From assembly GCA_048886185.1 (NCBI GenBank), contig JBHLKY010000003.1:60001-92000 (forward strand): a stretch of 32,000 bases of DNA, in the 5' to 3' direction. The position numbers and the translations under genes were made by a program. The notes under the pieces are model-generated. The model had not been told where the DNA came from, did not search any database, and saw nothing but the letters and a program-made list of their open reading frames with translations. The first letter of the stretch is position 1. Every line of letters starts with the position of its first letter. The stretch comes from Candidatus Hermodarchaeota archaeon. Lineage in GTDB: Archaea; Asgardarchaeota; Heimdallarchaeia; Hodarchaeales; Hodarchaeaceae. Below are positions 1 to 9,017 of the stretch, piece by piece.

Positions 1-653
1 ATTATCTCTGTTGGTTTTGCAATCTTTGAAATATCCTGCATTTCTTTTAATAAGGCTTTTTCCTCTTTATGTCGGCCAGCAGTATCTATTAAAATGAGAT
101 TAATACTTTTTTTCTCCGTAAAGTATTTTAATCCGTTTTTGATGACTTTAGAGGAATTTTTCTCTTTTTCATCTCCAAACACTTCAACATTAATAGGTGC
201 AAGATATTGTTGGAGCTGAGCTAAAGCACCTGGTCTAAATGTGTCTCCTCCTATGACACCGACATTGTATCCTCTTTTTTGGAAATAATTCGCAGTTTTT
301 CCAATAGATGTTGTTTTACCTGATCCTTGTATGCCAATAAACATTAAAATTGATTTCTCAGTTGGATTTAGTCGTAATGGAGCATATTGTTTGCCTAATA
401 GTTTTGAAAGTTCATCATAAATCACTTTTAGAGTGTAATCTTTCCGACTAACGGCCATGGGAATGATGTCTTTGAGTGCTCTTTTACGGACTTCTTCAGT
501 TACATTAAGTACTAAATCAAGGTTAACATCAGCTGCAAGAAGAGCATTTTCTAAATCTTGAATAAGTTCATTGATCAATTTTTCGTCAACAATCGGTGCT
601 CCACGGATTTTCATGATTGTTTTCCGTAATGATGAGCCTAAAGAATCAAGCAT
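1..653 (-). CDS. srp54: Signal recognition particle protein SRP54, N-terminal part (runs off the window edge)
   Basis: Manual translation (not in ORF track): MLDSLGSSLRKTIMKIRGAPIVDEKLINELIQDLENALLAADV...GIQGSGKTT...DTFRPGA...DTAGRH, i.e. NG domain with SRP-GTPase motifs; AGGAG upstream of the ATG at 653. Confidence 0.95.
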   Translation of the reverse strand, partial: MLDSLGSSLRKTIMKIRGAPIVDEKLINELIQDLENALLAADVNLDLVLNVTEEVRKRALKDIIPMAVSRKDYTLKVIYDELSKLLGKQYAPLRLNPTEKSILMFIGIQGSGKTTSIGKTANYFQKRGYNVGVIGGDTFRPGALAQLQQYLAPINVEVFGDEKEKNSSKVIKNGLKYFTEKKSINLILIDTAGRHKEEKALLKEMQDISKIAKPTEI

Positions 654-866
654 ATGTCATAATCTCCTTTCTTGATAAAGATGAATTTTTCCCTACTTTC
701 TCCATTAAATTCTCGCGTTGAATATTTATATCAATGATATTAGTTCTAATCAGAGTGATTCAAGGTTCTGTACAATAATTAATAAATCTTATTTTGCAAG
801 TCAGACGAATTTCTAACTTCATCCTGTTTGATTTATGAACCATACCATTCTTAGATCTATAGGAAA

Positions 867-1415
867 TCATACCTTTGATTTAAAATTATCTAGAAGATAG
901 TTAAGAATTGTAATAGTTTGAGAGCTTAAATATATTTGAGACCCAAGGGAAATTTTTGGTAATTGATTAAAGATCTCATAATGTTCCTCTAGGAACCCTA
1001 TTTGATCTCCAATTAAGAAGGAATCATGTTCTTCAAATAAATGAGATAAATGTTCGCCTTTACTATCTAATAAGATATAGTTATGTTTGTTAAGACAATG
1101 ATTCAGATTTTGGGCATAAAATCTTATCCCAGAATAAGAATAACCCTTAAAAACTCGTTTTAGTACACCTGCTATCGCTCTTTCATCTGGATTTATCCCC
1201 CGAACTTTTTCACCAGAAATCTCTAGTAATTTACCGTTAATCTGAAAATATATTTCGAGGATGACATCTTTCCTGAAATGATCAGAGAGAAAGAAAGCTG
1301 CAGTCACACATCGGCAAAGAACATCCAAGCGACCATATCCAGTAAGCGAATTGAGAGAAAGAGGTTTTGAAGTATCTACAGTATTAGATATGATAAAAAA
1401 ACGTCTTATCATCAT
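867..1415 (-). CDS. trmY: tRNA (pseudouridine54-N1)-methyltransferase TrmY (SPOUT)
   Basis: GRLDVLCRC motif, INPDERAIAG, C-terminal SPOUT knot FLIGDQIG...ISLGSQIYLSSQTI; divergent from pus10. Confidence 0.88.
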   Translation of the reverse strand: MMIRRFFIISNTVDTSKPLSLNSLTGYGRLDVLCRCVTAAFFLSDHFRKDVILEIYFQINGKLLEISGEKVRGINPDERAIAGVLKRVFKGYSYSGIRFYAQNLNHCLNKHNYILLDSKGEHLSHLFEEHDSFLIGDQIGFLEEHYEIFNQLPKISLGSQIYLSSQTITILNYLLDNFKSKV

Positions 1416-1617
1416 TTCTCAACTTCTTATGGCTGAATCATTTTATTTAATTTGTATTTTTACTTATTTTTCCTTTAGAAAAAAGTAAAAAAAATTCTTG
1501 AAAGTGAAAAAATTGAATCACTGGAGAAGTAAATCCAGAAAATACAGTTGATCATTACGAAACTCTGAAACCACCCATGATATGATTCTTAATCAGTATA
1601 ATTGAAGGATTTTACTA

Positions 1618-2973
1618 ATGGAACAGTCAATCCTAAATAAGGTTAAGCAACTAACAAAAGAAGTCCATTGTTGTAATTCATGTCTTGGACGGCAATTTGG
1701 AAATTTATTGACAGGATTGACAAATTTTAAACGAGGTGAGGCACTTAAAATTTTATTATTAATGGAATGGGAGATGGATCATCGGTTATCTAAGAAAGAA
1801 CCTCCTAACTATTCATCATTACTTTCTAAAGATTTTGATATCGGGAGAATGTCAATTCAACGATTTTATCCAGAATTCAAAGCTAATGATTCAGAATGTG
1901 AAATTTGTCACAGTCTTCTTTCTCCTCAAAACTTGAATAACTTAGTTACGAAGGCTCTTAGCGCGCTTGAAGAGTATGAGTTTTCATCTTTTCTTGTCGG
2001 GAGTCAATTTCCTCCAGCTATTGTGGATAAAGAAGATACTGTTCGAAGTAACTATAACCTCGAATTTGGAGAATCAATCAAATCAGAGTTTAACCGAGAA
2101 ATCGGGAAACGATTGCTAGAATTGATTGATTTTGCTACAGTTGAATTCAAAATACCGGATATTGTTTTGACATTTGATCTCATCGATAATCAAGTACAGA
2201 TTAAAAGCAATCCTCTATTCATTTTAGGGAGATATAGAAAATTAGAACGTGGAATTCCGCAATCTAAATGGTTCTGTCGTAAATGTCGGGGGAAAGGATG
2301 TGAAAAATGTAATTTTACTGGGAAGATGTACCAAGAATCAGTGGAAGAATATATCTCTGAGCCAATTCTATTGGCAGCTAAAGGAACAGCAAGCAAGTTT
2401 CATGGTTCAGGTCGAGAGGATATCGACGCACGAATGTTGGGAACTGGACGGCCTTTTATTCTTGAAATTTCTGAACCAAAGAAAAGAAATCTGAATTTTA
2501 AAAACCTTGAGCAGGTAATAAATGATAATGCAGTAAGAAAAGTTGAGGTGGAAATTGAAGGAAAAGCAAGCAGGTCTAAAGTTCGAGAGCTAAAAACACG
2601 TTCGAGTAGAAATGCTAAAGGATATCGAATGGTTATTTCTTTGAATCCTCCTCTGGAGTTAAATGAATCTGAGATATTAGCTATAGAGAAAGAATTTTCA
2701 GGTGTACTTATCCAACAAAGGACTCCATTACGAGTAGCACACCGTCGGGCTGATAAAGTTAGAACAAGGAGAGTTCATAAGTTTCAGATTAAGGAGATAG
2801 CACCGCATCAACTAATAGCTTATGTGATATGTGAAGGGGGATTATATGTAAAGGAACTAATCAATGGGGATGCAGAACGAACCCAGCCAAACCTTTCTGG
2901 ACGTCTTAATACAAATGCTGTAGTTACTCACCTTGATGTCATTGAAGTTTTTGATAATAAAGAGGCTTTTTGA
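1618..2973 (+). CDS. pus10: tRNA pseudouridine(54/55) synthase Pus10
   Basis: N-terminal CxxCLGRQF Zn site, THUMP-like region, GRYRKLERGIPQ, catalytic HGSGREDIDARMLG, GGLYVKELI; conserved position upstream of rpl21e. Confidence 0.96.
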   Translation: MEQSILNKVKQLTKEVHCCNSCLGRQFGNLLTGLTNFKRGEALKILLLMEWEMDHRLSKKEPPNYSSLLSKDFDIGRMSIQRFYPEFKANDSECEICHSLLSPQNLNNLVTKALSALEEYEFSSFLVGSQFPPAIVDKEDTVRSNYNLEFGESIKSEFNREIGKRLLELIDFATVEFKIPDIVLTFDLIDNQVQIKSNPLFILGRYRKLERGIPQSKWFCRKCRGKGCEKCNFTGKMYQESVEEYISEPILLAAKGTASKFHGSGREDIDARMLGTGRPFILEISEPKKRNLNFKNLEQVINDNAVRKVEVEIEGKASRSKVRELKTRSSRNAKGYRMVISLNPPLELNESEILAIEKEFSGVLIQQRTPLRVAHRRADKVRTRRVHKFQIKEIAPHQLIAYVICEGGLYVKELINGDAERTQPNLSGRLNTNAVVTHLDVIEVFDNKEAF

Positions 2974-3116
2974 TTTTTTTATTAGAGTATTATAATTATG
3001 AAAGAAACCCAAAAATAGGTTCAGAAAACTCCTTTCTAATGGTGTCACTGAAGCCAATAGGTCTCCCTCAGACTCGAAAACCAAAGAATAGCTCATATAT
3101 TTTGAGGCAATAAAAA

Positions 3117-3413
3117 ATGGTTAAAAAATCAAAAGGTACAAACTTTAGGACACGGAAAATCTTCTCTAAACACCCAAGGAAACGCGGATTGCCTTCTCTG
3201 TCTCGAACATTGGCAAATTACGAGGTGAACTCCAAGGTTAATATTGTTATAGAACCCAGTATCCAAAAAGGACGCCCTCATAGAAGATTTCATGGGAAAA
3301 CTGGAGTGGTATTAGAAAAACGCGGACAAGCCTATTTAATCCAAGTTTCAGATGGAAAGAGCTTCAAAAAAATAATTGCCCGACCTGAACACCTGAAAGA
3401 ACAAATTCAATAA
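3117..3413 (+). CDS. rpl21e: 50S ribosomal protein eL21
   Basis: KGRPHRRFHGKTGVV and ARPEHL motifs, 98 aa. Confidence 0.97.
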   Translation: MVKKSKGTNFRTRKIFSKHPRKRGLPSLSRTLANYEVNSKVNIVIEPSIQKGRPHRRFHGKTGVVLEKRGQAYLIQVSDGKSFKKIIARPEHLKEQIQ

Positions 3414-3444
3414 ACTAGCTTAGAATGAGAATTGGTTGACAAAA

Positions 3445-3852
3445 ATGGTTAGAAAAGTGCTGGATGAGAAACCCATTCCTCTTGGGCAAGTATATGAATT
3501 ATTAAAAATACGAGAAGAAACAGGTATTAATTACGTACAACGAGTTACAGCCCAACATGCTGAAAAACTTTCGCGTGATGCTGCATATTCAGAGGCTGTT
3601 CTTCAGGCATTACAAGAGGAATTTGATCTTCCCAGGATTCTTGTAGTGCAAATTGTAAACTTAAATCCAAAGTCACCAAAAGATGTACGAGCGATAACAG
3701 GTAATCGCTTGTCAAATGACCAAATCGAAGAACTTCTTGCACGATATAGGGAATTTATTTCTTTGATTGCGTCGACAAAAACAGAGGATAAAGATGAAGA
3801 GGGTGCTCTAGAACCAGAAGACAAAGTGGAAGAAGGTTTCGAGGATCTCTGA
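3445..3852 (+). CDS. rpo4: RNA polymerase subunit Rpo4 (RpoF) with acidic C-terminal tail
   Basis: Follows rpl21e as in the conserved archaeal cluster; NYVQRVT..HAEK, QIVNLNPKSPKDVRAI HRDC-like motif. ATG 3445 preferred over TTG 3436. Confidence 0.85.
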   Translation: MVRKVLDEKPIPLGQVYELLKIREETGINYVQRVTAQHAEKLSRDAAYSEAVLQALQEEFDLPRILVVQIVNLNPKSPKDVRAITGNRLSNDQIEELLARYREFISLIASTKTEDKDEEGALEPEDKVEEGFEDL

Positions 3853-3870
3853 TTTTTTTTTTCATCTTTC
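3853..3870 (+). terminator. Oligo-T archaeal terminator after rpl21e-rpo4
   Basis: Run of 10 T immediately after the rpo4 stop codon. Confidence 0.5.
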
Positions 3871-3981
3871 ACATGATCCCTCTTGAAAATAAGTATTAAT
3901 TCTCTAATTGATATACACTTATAGACAAATAGGGACCAATACTACAAGAAAAGAATAATGCAAAATCCAGCATCTTGGTAA

Positions 3982-4117
3982 AGGGACGTGGCTTAGCTTG
4001 GTATAGTTCCCGGTTCGGGTTCATTAATCGCTTTTGGTTGATGGCGTAATTCCGGGAGATCGGGGGTTCAAAGTAATCACGGTTGTGCACCGTGTAATGA
4101 AAATCCCTCCGTCCCTA
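3982..4117 (+). tRNA. tRNA-Pro(CGG) with two introns (4020-4050 at 37/38; 4073-4103 at 59/60)
   Basis: Acceptor AGGGACG/CGTCCCT+A; D arm GCTTAGCTTGGTATAGT; anticodon stem CCCGG/CCGGG with loop TT-CGG-G|T; T stem GGGGG/CCCTC with loop TTCAAA|T; both inserts fold as BHB-like motifs; CCA not encoded. Confidence 0.93.
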
Positions 4118-4247
4118 TACCCTAGTTACTGTTTAGTTAAGCGCAATTCCTCTTAATTCCAAAAGGATTATGATTTGGAGAATATTTCTGTAATAATTTT
4201 TCTCTCAATCAGGATCAAAAGTATATTAGCTTAAAAATCCTCTCTCT

Positions 4248-4799
4248 GTGAGAAACAAAACGATGACATCCTTTCCAGATTATGTTAGCTGTGTTAAAAT
4301 ACTAATATATTATTCCGTTCCTCCAAATGTGATTTCTCATTCTATTTTAACGACTCAAACAGCATTAAAGGTAGCAAAAAAACTCAAAGATTATAAACAA
4401 GCTATAAATTGTAATCTTATTTTAGCTGGTGCTTTACTCCATGATATTGGCCGTTGTAAATCACATCACATAGATCATGGAATAATAGGGGCTCAATTAT
4501 TACGAAAAGAAGGTTTTCAAGAAGAATTAGCAAGAATCGCAGAAATACATCTTTTTGCTGGAATAACTAAATTTGAAGCTAGTGATTTTGGTTTACCTTC
4601 TCAAAACTATCTACCAGAATCTTTGGAGGAAAAAATCATAACATATGCAGACAATATCTCAAAGAAAGAACCCTTATTAACTATAGAAGAAGTGATCAAG
4701 CGATATAGTAAGTACATAAACAAATCTCACCCGATTCTCGATAGGGTGTACTCACTACATTCTGAAATTGAATTATTACTAAGTAGCAACCAAGGATAG
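4248..4799 (+). CDS. HD-domain phosphohydrolase (TIGR00295-like)
   Basis: HS...GALLHDIGR...HGIIGA...H...EEKIITYADN motifs; start could be ATG 4263. Confidence 0.85.
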   Translation: MRNKTMTSFPDYVSCVKILIYYSVPPNVISHSILTTQTALKVAKKLKDYKQAINCNLILAGALLHDIGRCKSHHIDHGIIGAQLLRKEGFQEELARIAEIHLFAGITKFEASDFGLPSQNYLPESLEEKIITYADNISKKEPLLTIEEVIKRYSKYINKSHPILDRVYSLHSEIELLLSSNQG

Positions 4800-4806
4800 A
4801 TAAATA

Positions 4807-5805
4807 TTGAGACAGATTCCTTCCTTTGTCAATTTCTTTGAATTTCTTCGCAATTGTCAGAATATGGTTATTTTGTCAATGCACCCTCAAGCAGATCCTG
4901 ATGCTGTTGGGGCAGCTATTGCTATAACTCATTTGATTCATGCAATCAATCCAAATCTGATAATCCGTATACTCGAACCAGAGTTGAGTACATTAGGTCA
5001 AAACTTACTAGAAATCACAGATCACAAATTTATTGCCATTGAAGCTAATCAAATCAGATCTCCTATATTTGGGATTTTCCTTGACACTAATTCCATAAAT
5101 TCACATCTGATTGTTCCAGAGAACCAATTTGCTATTATAGACCATCATATTCGCACTCCCTTGGCAGTAGAAATAGCATATGATTTCCAGCTTGATTCCT
5201 TCTGGGCAACAACTGAAATTATTGCTTCTCTGTACTACTATGCAGAAATTGCTCTTACTCCTCAAATAATTAAGAGCCTTCTTGCTGGTATTATCTTTGA
5301 TACAAGACGATTTCTTTATGCTGATCGTGAGCTCTTTGAATGTGTTAATTTTCTTCTTCGTGATAATCTTACCGCTTATTTTGAGACCATGAGTCTTTTT
5401 ACTTCTTCGCGCGTTTATTCGGAGAAGTCAGCTTGCATCAGGGCAGCCCAACGTATGAAACGATATAATATAAATGATAAAATCTTACTTTTCTCTCACG
5501 TGAGCTCCTTTGAAGCAGCTGCTGCCCGTTCACTTATTAATTTAGGAGGAGATATAGCTATTGTTATTGCAAATAGAAAACACGAAACACGAATTAGTAT
5601 GCGTACAAGTCAGGAATTTTTAAAAGATACAGACGTCTCTCTGGGGAAGGATATCATTCCAGAGCTAATAAATCAATACGAAGGAACTGGAGGCGGGCAT
5701 GATAGTGCAGCAGGATACAATTCAACTATGTTAGAAATTAAAACTGTAAAAAAATTCCTTCTTGAGCTTTTTGAAAGAATAATCAAAAGGAAGAATAAAG
5801 GATGA
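4807..5805 (+). CDS. DHH/DHHA1 family phosphoesterase (NrnA-like)
   Basis: HPQADPDAVG, FLDT, IIDHH, GIIFDT and C-terminal GGGHDSAAG motifs. Confidence 0.9.
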   Translation: MRQIPSFVNFFEFLRNCQNMVILSMHPQADPDAVGAAIAITHLIHAINPNLIIRILEPELSTLGQNLLEITDHKFIAIEANQIRSPIFGIFLDTNSINSHLIVPENQFAIIDHHIRTPLAVEIAYDFQLDSFWATTEIIASLYYYAEIALTPQIIKSLLAGIIFDTRRFLYADRELFECVNFLLRDNLTAYFETMSLFTSSRVYSEKSACIRAAQRMKRYNINDKILLFSHVSSFEAAAARSLINLGGDIAIVIANRKHETRISMRTSQEFLKDTDVSLGKDIIPELINQYEGTGGGHDSAAGYNSTMLEIKTVKKFLLELFERIIKRKNKG

Positions 5806-5852
5806 AATTACTCCTATCAGCTGATCCCAGGAACTTGTTCAGCTCTCTTTCT

Positions 5853-6176
5853 TCATTTTAACAGAAATTCAGAACGAATTAAGTCATATTCTTCCTTATT
5901 TAGATAAAAAGTATCAAAATTTTCTTCTCGAAGCGCAATTTGAACTGCTAAATTATGTTTACATTGGTGGACTCGATTATTCAAGATGCTTTGTTGAAAA
6001 TCATAACAGCGACACCAAAACGGATCGATCATTGTTAGGTATTCTCTTGTTTTTCCTACAACTACCCATCGTTCAACTTTTTGATCGTTGTTTCCACTTA
6101 TCACATATTTTTTTACACTATTATTTTTTACTAATTCCTTAGCATCTTTCAACCTTTTAGAAAATTCCGATGTCAC
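5853..6176 (-). CDS. SWIM zinc-finger protein
   Basis: CRC-x(13)-CKH SWIM signature (WCRCYDF...QCKHNLAV). Confidence 0.8.
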   Translation of the reverse strand: MTSEFSKRLKDAKELVKNNSVKKYVISGNNDQKVERWVVVGKTREYLTMIDPFWCRCYDFQQSILNNRVHQCKHNLAVQIALREENFDTFYLNKEEYDLIRSEFLLK

Positions 6177-6776
6177 CTACTTTTTCACCATATCTAATAA
6201 AAAATCAGCTGCAGCTTTTAGCTCCTCTGATTGTTCCAATTCACTCTTCAGATTTGAGAACTGTTGATCATAAATATCGTCTGGAATTTCTTCAATATCT
6301 TTTCGCACAGACAACTCTTCAATGCTATAACTGAGAGATTGAGCCCCTTTTGAAGCACTTTGGCTTATTTCTCTTAATTGATTGATTATTTCATTGATTT
6401 GTTCATCCACTACTCTTTTTTCTCCCAAATATTCATTCTTAAGAGATTCGTAAACAGTAGTTTGAATTCCATGTTTCTTTTCCTCTAATTTGCTGAGACG
6501 TTCCTGCAAAGTAGTTTGTTTATCTATTAAATCAAAGAAAGGATGCTCGAAAGAGTCAAGCTCCTCCTTATCTTTAGTTAATTCTGCAATATTCTGTTCA
6601 ATATTTCTTATCTCTTCGCTAGCATCGATCTCTTCGATTTCAGCACGAAGCTTAAGCTTTTCTGATTTAATTTCTAATTTTTTCAATTCTTCTTCTATTT
6701 TAACTCTTTTTGCTACTTTCTTTAAAGTATCTGAAGAGATATCCATCTGTTTAGTAGTCATTACGGGGATCTCCAC
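6177..6776 (-). CDS. Acidic coiled-coil protein, CdvA-like/SHOCT-like repeats
   Basis: Heptad-rich; motifs LEEKKHGIQTTVYESLKNEY and LSVRKDIEEIPDDIYDQQFSNLKSEL resemble CdvA coiled-coil segments (from memory, not searched); ATG 6761 has GGAG upstream and is a likelier start. Confidence 0.55.
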   Translation of the reverse strand: MEIPVMTTKQMDISSDTLKKVAKRVKIEEELKKLEIKSEKLKLRAEIEEIDASEEIRNIEQNIAELTKDKEELDSFEHPFFDLIDKQTTLQERLSKLEEKKHGIQTTVYESLKNEYLGEKRVVDEQINEIINQLREISQSASKGAQSLSYSIEELSVRKDIEEIPDDIYDQQFSNLKSELEQSEELKAAADFLLDMVKK

Positions 6777-7220
6777 TGGAGAAATATAATTTGATTGAAT
6801 TAATTATAATCTTTAATAAAATTGTTTCCTTGGGGGATTTAGTCAAATTGAGAAATTCCTATTTTCTTTCAGTAAATCATTGATTCATTTTATTTGACAA
6901 GTTAAACAAGTTTTCTTAAAGTTATTTTATATTTAAGCTTTGGAAAGGCTATATTTCCGAATGATATATAAAAAGGAACCTTCAAAGACATAATACTACC
7001 AGTTTAGGATCATTTTTGTTACAATCTAATATTTAAATCTTCTTTGATAACATTACATATAGTAATTGATCATAGTGCTATAAGAATCAATTAAAAATAA
7101 GATTTTTAATTCCTTCGATAATGTCTGCAACGAACCTCTTCATGAGAACGTTTCCTAACACTCAAGTAATCATATCAGCTGTTTGTTTGCTTAATATTAT
7201 TGAATTAGAAGGATTCCGTC

Positions 7221-9014
7221 TTGACATCGATAGTTCAAAAAGGGAAAATTGTTAGAATTTCTGGCCCCGTTGTTGAAATTAGCGGTATGAATCGTGCCCA
7301 ACTTTATGATATCGTTAAGGTCGGTGAAGAACAATTAATCGGAGAGATTATACGAATTAGTCAATCTGGAGATAGGCATATTTCAACAGTTCAGGTGTAT
7401 GAAGAGACTACTGGTTTAAAACCTAGAGAAGAAGCAATAGCGACTGGTTCACCTCTAAGCGCAGAGCTTGGACCGGGATTAATAACACGAATTTATGATG
7501 GTATTCAGCGTCCTTTACCAGCTCTTCAATTAATGGAAGGAGATTTCATCACTCGTGGTATCACATCAAATCCTTTAGACCTAGATAAGAAGTGGGATTT
7601 TAAACCACTAGTAACAAAGGGAGACGAGGTCAGAGGTGGTTCACACATTGGGGAAGTAAAAGAATCTAGAATGGTTACTCATAAAGTAATGGTTCCTCCT
7701 GAAATCGGTCTTGCCAAAGTTACTTCGATCGCTGATCCCAATGAATATTCAATATCGGAAACCATTGGTCATATTGATGTTAAAGGGCAATACCCATTTA
7801 CCTTACCCTTAACTCTGAAGCAAACGTGGCCAGTTAGAAAACCCCGTCCTTTCAAGAGAAAATTAGAAGCCAATATTCCATTAATCACAGGCCAACGTAT
7901 ATACGACACCTTCTTTCCAATCGCGAAAGGAGGAGTAGCAGCTATACCAGGAGGGTTTGGGACTGGCAAAACAGTATCTCAGCATCAACTGGCAAAATGG
8001 TCTGATGCCACTGTCGTTGTTTATGTTGGTTGTGGGGAACGTGGTAACGAAATGGCTGAAGTCTTAAAAGAATTCCCTGACTTAGAAGACCCACGTTCAG
8101 GGGAAAAGTTAATGCAACGTACAGTTCTTATTGCAAATACTTCAAATATGCCTGTTGCAGCAAGAGAGGCTTCTATTTACTTAGGTATAACCATTGCGGA
8201 ATATTATCGGGATATGGGATATGATGTTGCTCTAATGGCTGACTCAACAAGCCGCTGGGCTGAGGCTCTACGTGAAATTTCTGGGCGATTAGAGGAAATG
8301 CCTGGGGAGGAGGGGTACCCCGCTTACCTTGCTTCCAGAATAGCGGAATTCTATGAACGCGCAGGAAGAATTGAAACACTCTCGGGTCATACAGCAAGTA
8401 TATCAGCGATTGGAGCGGTTTCTCCTGGGGGAGGAGATTTCTCGGAACCTGTAACTCAAAATACTTTAAAAACTGTAAGGGTCTTCTGGGCTTTAAGCTA
8501 TCCCTTAGCACGTTCACGACACTTCCCAGCTATTTCTTGGCTAGAAAGTTATAGCCTTTATATCGATTCATTAGCAGACTGGTACCACGAGAATGTAGCA
8601 ACAGATTTTAACAAGCGTAGAGAAGAAGCAATGGCTCTTCTTCAGAAAGAAAAGGAATTACAAGAGATTGTGCAACTTATAGGACCTGATGCTTTACCTG
8701 AATCAGAGAAAATTATTCTACAGGCAGCCAAAATGATCCGTGAAGACTTTCTCCAACAGAATGCCTATTCTACTGACTCATATTGTGCTCTCGATAAACA
8801 GTATAAAATTTTGAAAATAATCATGCTTTTTTATCAAAAGATGCGTGAAAATCATAATGCAGGAGTACCTCTTGAAAAGATGATTTCACTTTCCATTTTG
8901 GCTGATATTGCAGGCTTAAAATGGGCATTTGATGATGAGTTCAATAATCAATATGAAAAATGCATAGATTTTGTTCAAGATCAGATGGAACCAAATGTTC
9001 TTGGGATTGCGTGA
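7221..9014 (+). CDS. atpA: A/V-type ATP synthase catalytic subunit A
   Basis: GGFGTGKT P-loop, GCGERGNEM, ANTSNMPVAAREAS, DSTSRWAEALREISGRLEEMPGEEGYPAYL; no intein. Confidence 0.97.
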   Translation: MTSIVQKGKIVRISGPVVEISGMNRAQLYDIVKVGEEQLIGEIIRISQSGDRHISTVQVYEETTGLKPREEAIATGSPLSAELGPGLITRIYDGIQRPLPALQLMEGDFITRGITSNPLDLDKKWDFKPLVTKGDEVRGGSHIGEVKESRMVTHKVMVPPEIGLAKVTSIADPNEYSISETIGHIDVKGQYPFTLPLTLKQTWPVRKPRPFKRKLEANIPLITGQRIYDTFFPIAKGGVAAIPGGFGTGKTVSQHQLAKWSDATVVVYVGCGERGNEMAEVLKEFPDLEDPRSGEKLMQRTVLIANTSNMPVAAREASIYLGITIAEYYRDMGYDVALMADSTSRWAEALREISGRLEEMPGEEGYPAYLASRIAEFYERAGRIETLSGHTASISAIGAVSPGGGDFSEPVTQNTLKTVRVFWALSYPLARSRHFPAISWLESYSLYIDSLADWYHENVATDFNKRREEAMALLQKEKELQEIVQLIGPDALPESEKIILQAAKMIREDFLQQNAYSTDSYCALDKQYKILKIIMLFYQKMRENHNAGVPLEKMISLSILADIAGLKWAFDDEFNNQYEKCIDFVQDQMEPNVLGIA

Positions 9015-9017
9015 TAT

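Noticed and set aside
1457-1491. Imperfect inverted repeat in the trmY-pus10 intergenic region
   Set aside because: Almost entirely A/T runs with bulges; expected by chance in AT-rich DNA
2857-3096. 79-aa minus-strand ORF between pus10 and rpl21e
   Set aside because: Overlaps the pus10 3' end antisense; no recognisable features
3896-4090. 64-aa minus-strand ORF
   Set aside because: Antisense to the tRNA-Pro gene, which explains the sequence
6772-6780. Isolated TCCACTGGA dyad (another at 26247) resembling a mini-ORB
   Set aside because: Single copies without a G-string or clustering; about chance expectation for an 8-bp dyad in 32 kb
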